A DNA stretch of 64,000 nucleotides from assembly GCA_963835065.1 (NCBI GenBank), contig CAWIEK010000003.1:128001-192000 (forward strand), read 5' to 3'. Below the pieces are notes generated by a model. It did no database searches. It was not told where the DNA came from and saw only the letters and a list, made by a program, of their open reading frames with translations. This DNA comes from an uncultured Chthonomonadaceae bacterium. GTDB lineage: Bacteria > Armatimonadota > Chthonomonadetes > Chthonomonadales > Chthonomonadaceae. Positions 62,301 through 64,000 of this stretch are shown here, one piece after another (position 1 is the first letter of the stretch; each line of letters begins with the position of its first letter). Position numbers and translations under genes: made by a program.

Positions 62301-62672
62301 CAGCACGGGCGCGAGAATGACGAGGGTTTTGTAACTTGTTTTCAGGGCGGCGGTCAGGTCGCGCAATCGCCGGATTACGGTCACGTCGCTCATGAAGGCG
62401 TGGTAATCCTTCAGCACGAAAAGCGCCTGTTCGCGGGAGTCGATCACGGCGTCCAGCGCGGCCATCGGGTCGCGGGTGGCGTTGTCGCGGTGGGCGGGGT
62501 TTTGCACCATGCCCTGCGTGACCGTCCAGAAGAAAATCTTTTTGCCGCGTTCGCGGGCGATTTCGCGCAGGGCGTCTTCTACGCGCTGCTCTTCCCACGA
62601 GACGATATAAATAATCGGGTAACGCGCCCGAATGAGGGTTTCCAGTTCTTTGTCAACCGAGGATGATGCCAA
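59337..62672 (-). CDS. Ycf46-like AAA+ ATPase containing an intein
   Basis: LIRARYPIIYIVSWEEQR, EKEQIIRK, GVQGCGKS, ILWLDELEK, PPELLRKGRFDEIFFIDLP. Confidence 0.92.
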   Translation of the reverse strand: MASSSVDKELETLIRARYPIIYIVSWEEQRVEDALREIARERGKKIFFWTVTQGMVQNPAHRDNATRDPMAALDAVIDSREQALFVLKDYHAFMSDVTVIRRLRDLTAALKTSYKTLVILAPVLKLPSELEKDIAVVDYGLPDHDDLDVILERVVQAVKENPQIDANLAELERDQVLKAAQGLTANEAENVFAKSLIEKHKFDVDVILSEKEQIIRKSGILEYYPFNEKIGDVGGLDLLKDWMEKRTVAFTEKARDFGLPAPRGVLLLGVQGCGKSLSAKAIGSLWRLPLLRLDIGRIFGGIVGQSEENMRKAIRTAESVAPCVAGDTLITLADGSERTIESLYNGQETHLEVLSMTDDWQIVPNPVKAITRREAPDLYTVELQHSRVQATSNHEFPVLRDGELEWVRADALRDTDYVAIPQTIPTRPDMPPMIDFLPEDTRLYAPGAVFFALPSVQQSRRLAALRSLAYDYVAVNELADPQEYPCFHHITEFAQSKGNTNSSVLTQLPGELNEDIGYLLGLICSDGFLGKRGAVGFVNTDMTLHRLFSASLKNIFGLETRIRLNDYDNKNSQLAGTSQQSVFKPCYTSYVYSALLCRILNNVKAQLLTMPATFLNAWLRGYIDGDGHVSNSKTAANPKIIITCKVPANNLVIRSVLQRVGFPTTNPGWENIEVTGIRNVRRFIEQVGSQHPCRRQRMDEWMAKTPTTEHKDRTDMIPVGSKLRHVRQAMGMGSQKFQSTSSGLFHLYEHGTAHPNRQRLREITQELREWAEARQLDTAELMQVEALVNSPIGWSRVKSVEQAPTPEYVFDLLCVNEHNFLSNSITVHNCILWLDELEKGFSGTQSSGSSDGGTTSRVFGTFLTWMQDKKAAAFVVATSNDVTSLPPELLRKGRFDEIFFIDLPSHVERVEIFKIHLNKRKRSPDDFNLDKLADATPGFSGAEIEAAVVEALYDAFDENKTLTTESIVAAATHSVPLSMTMRERIEDLREWATTRARDASSAQAESMQDIAEQLALAKLGLNDDDDEEATSVVSNPTPPAPLLSAHNGSNANTNGDGASTAGDNKTSGQDGNGTTSATSNGAQHGDGSAGNAGNAEAVTPPTVEPGTETPA
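60186..61706 (-). mobile_element. Intein (507 aa) with LAGLIDADG homing endonuclease
   Basis: N-terminal CVAGDT, block B ATSNHEF, YLLGLICSDG and WLRGYIDGDG, C-terminal VFDL..HNF..TVHN followed by Cys(+1). Confidence 0.95.
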
Positions 62673-63025
62673 CGCGAAATTCCTCCACCCCGCAGCGAAC
62701 CGCCAAAACGGATACGAAACCGAAGTTCAGCCGATGCCAACGGATAAGCGCACATACAGTGAAAACTAAGATGGAACCAAATTCCAGCCGAAAAGGGAGC
62801 GCCACAGCAGCAACAGCGAAATTGGCAGATATATGTATTATACAGGGAATAGCGGCACATCGTCAACGAACTGTGAAGGGATTCACAAAACAGTAGGGGG
62901 GCAGTGCGCAATCATGGCATTTTGGGCTAGCGCGCTGCCTTTATTAAGGCAAGCGCGCTGTTAAAAAACGGAAACTATAATTGAGGGGATGGTTGATAGT
63001 TGATACAGGCTTTTCGCAAAGAAAT

Positions 63026-63055
63026 GCCTGCTGGAAGAAACTCTTTCCAGCAGGC
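63026..63055. terminator. Hairpin, possible terminator
   Basis: GCCTGCTGGAA-N8-TTCCAGCAGGC. Confidence 0.45.
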
Positions 63056-63092
63056 GTTCGCGGCGCATTTCCGTATGGAGGCGTTCACGCCT

Positions 63093-63490
63093 TTACTCTG
63101 TGGAGGGGGGCGTTCCGTTCAGAAAAGTCATGGGAAAGAGCGCCGATTTGCCGTTGAGTAAGACGCCTCCCGTCAGAGTCTGGCCTTGTGCCGGGAGATA
63201 TTTTTGAATACCGTTGAGCGAGGCCCATGTCGAAATGTATATCGGTAGGTAGCGGCTCTCATAGGGCGCGAGGCTGAAGGGCCAGGAATACGTGAAGACC
63301 TGGAGATTTAATCCCTGGACATGAAATGACCCGGTGAACTGTAGGCCGCTGACAGTGGAACCGCTCGTGTTGCGCGCCTGAACCTGTATCATCGTGCCAA
63401 AGGACTGGCCCACCAGGAAGAAAGGTCCCTGAGGGCTATGCTGCGGGTCCAGCCAACTGCCGACGGTGATGCACGCTGGAGCCGGCCCCG
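63093..63490 (-). pseudogene. Probable C-terminal fragment of a beta-rich exported protein
   Basis: Frame stays open upstream of GTG 63413 to a TAA near 63492 with no ATG/RBS; beta-strand-like sequence. Confidence 0.35.
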
Positions 63491-63497
63491 ATTTACG

Positions 63498-63896
63498 CTA
63501 CTTTTGCGGGGCGCTTGTCCACGCGCCTGCCTTGTCCTTGCGGAACGCGGCCCAGCCGGGTTTGAGGTCGGTGAGGATGCTGTGCAGGGTGTCGTCGCGC
63601 TTGACCATTTCTTCCAGACTGGCGGTTGTCAAATCCGAAACGCCGGGAACCTGGGCGTCGAGGAATTGCCAGCCGTTGTCTTTGGCGTCATGGAAGATAA
63701 ACAGGATCGGCTTGCCGCCCAAAACGTTCTTGGTGGTGACAACCGGCAGCGTCCGCGCTTCCTTGTACGGCCAATCCGCCGCCGCTGTCGGCACCACTGC
63801 GGGCGCAGGGTCGGGCTTGTGCAGCAGCCGAGGGATAATGAAAAAGGACAGGATGCTGTACCCGATAAACAAGTAGAGAAGGTTTTTATTTTTCAT
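63498..63896 (-). CDS. Membrane-anchored DUF2185/Imm33-like protein
   Basis: TM segment; VVTTKNVLGGKPILFIFHDAKDNGWQFL..SLEEMVKRD..DLKPGW. Confidence 0.6.
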   Translation of the reverse strand: MKNKNLLYLFIGYSILSFFIIPRLLHKPDPAPAVVPTAAADWPYKEARTLPVVTTKNVLGGKPILFIFHDAKDNGWQFLDAQVPGVSDLTTASLEEMVKRDDTLHSILTDLKPGWAAFRKDKAGAWTSAPQK

Positions 63897-64000
63897 GGTA
63901 TCCTTATTTTACCATACAAGTCCAGAAAGCCACTGCGTTTATACAGGGTGGAGGAATGGACTTTCTGCGAATACATCCGGCAGTCAAAGTGAAATATGAC

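Overview
GC-rich bacterial chromosomal window. Armatimonadota-like is my inference, from two '[17 protein letters not shown]' prepilin/DUF1559 genes, a PEP-CTERM protein and many Tat-exported enzymes. It holds about 50 genes: housekeeping (scpA/scpB, rarA, tgt, ppk2, cyclophilin), transport and metal handling, and sugar catabolism. Accessory parts are (i) a lower-GC restriction-modification-like island with an HNH nuclease, an XRE controller with a double operator, and an unusually long N4-C methyltransferase; (ii) four tandem HEAT-repeat paralogues sharing a triple 'LLR' C-terminal motif; (iii) a GxxExxY (PD-(D/E)xK-like) gene enclosed by perfect 21-bp inverted repeats, plus three gene-less hairpin elements with the same architecture but different repeat sequences; (iv) many intergenic and even in-frame elements built from inverted 7-8-nt tandem repeats, and three REP-like families; (v) a 507-aa LAGLIDADG intein in a Ycf46-like AAA+ ATPase with apparent co-conversion tracts; (vi) an adenylate cyclase-STAND-TPR protein; (vii) RHS/immunity debris. 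At least eight genes are split by single frameshifts, most likely assembly indels. I saw no rRNA, tRNA or CRISPR array. All family calls are from motif recognition, not database searches.
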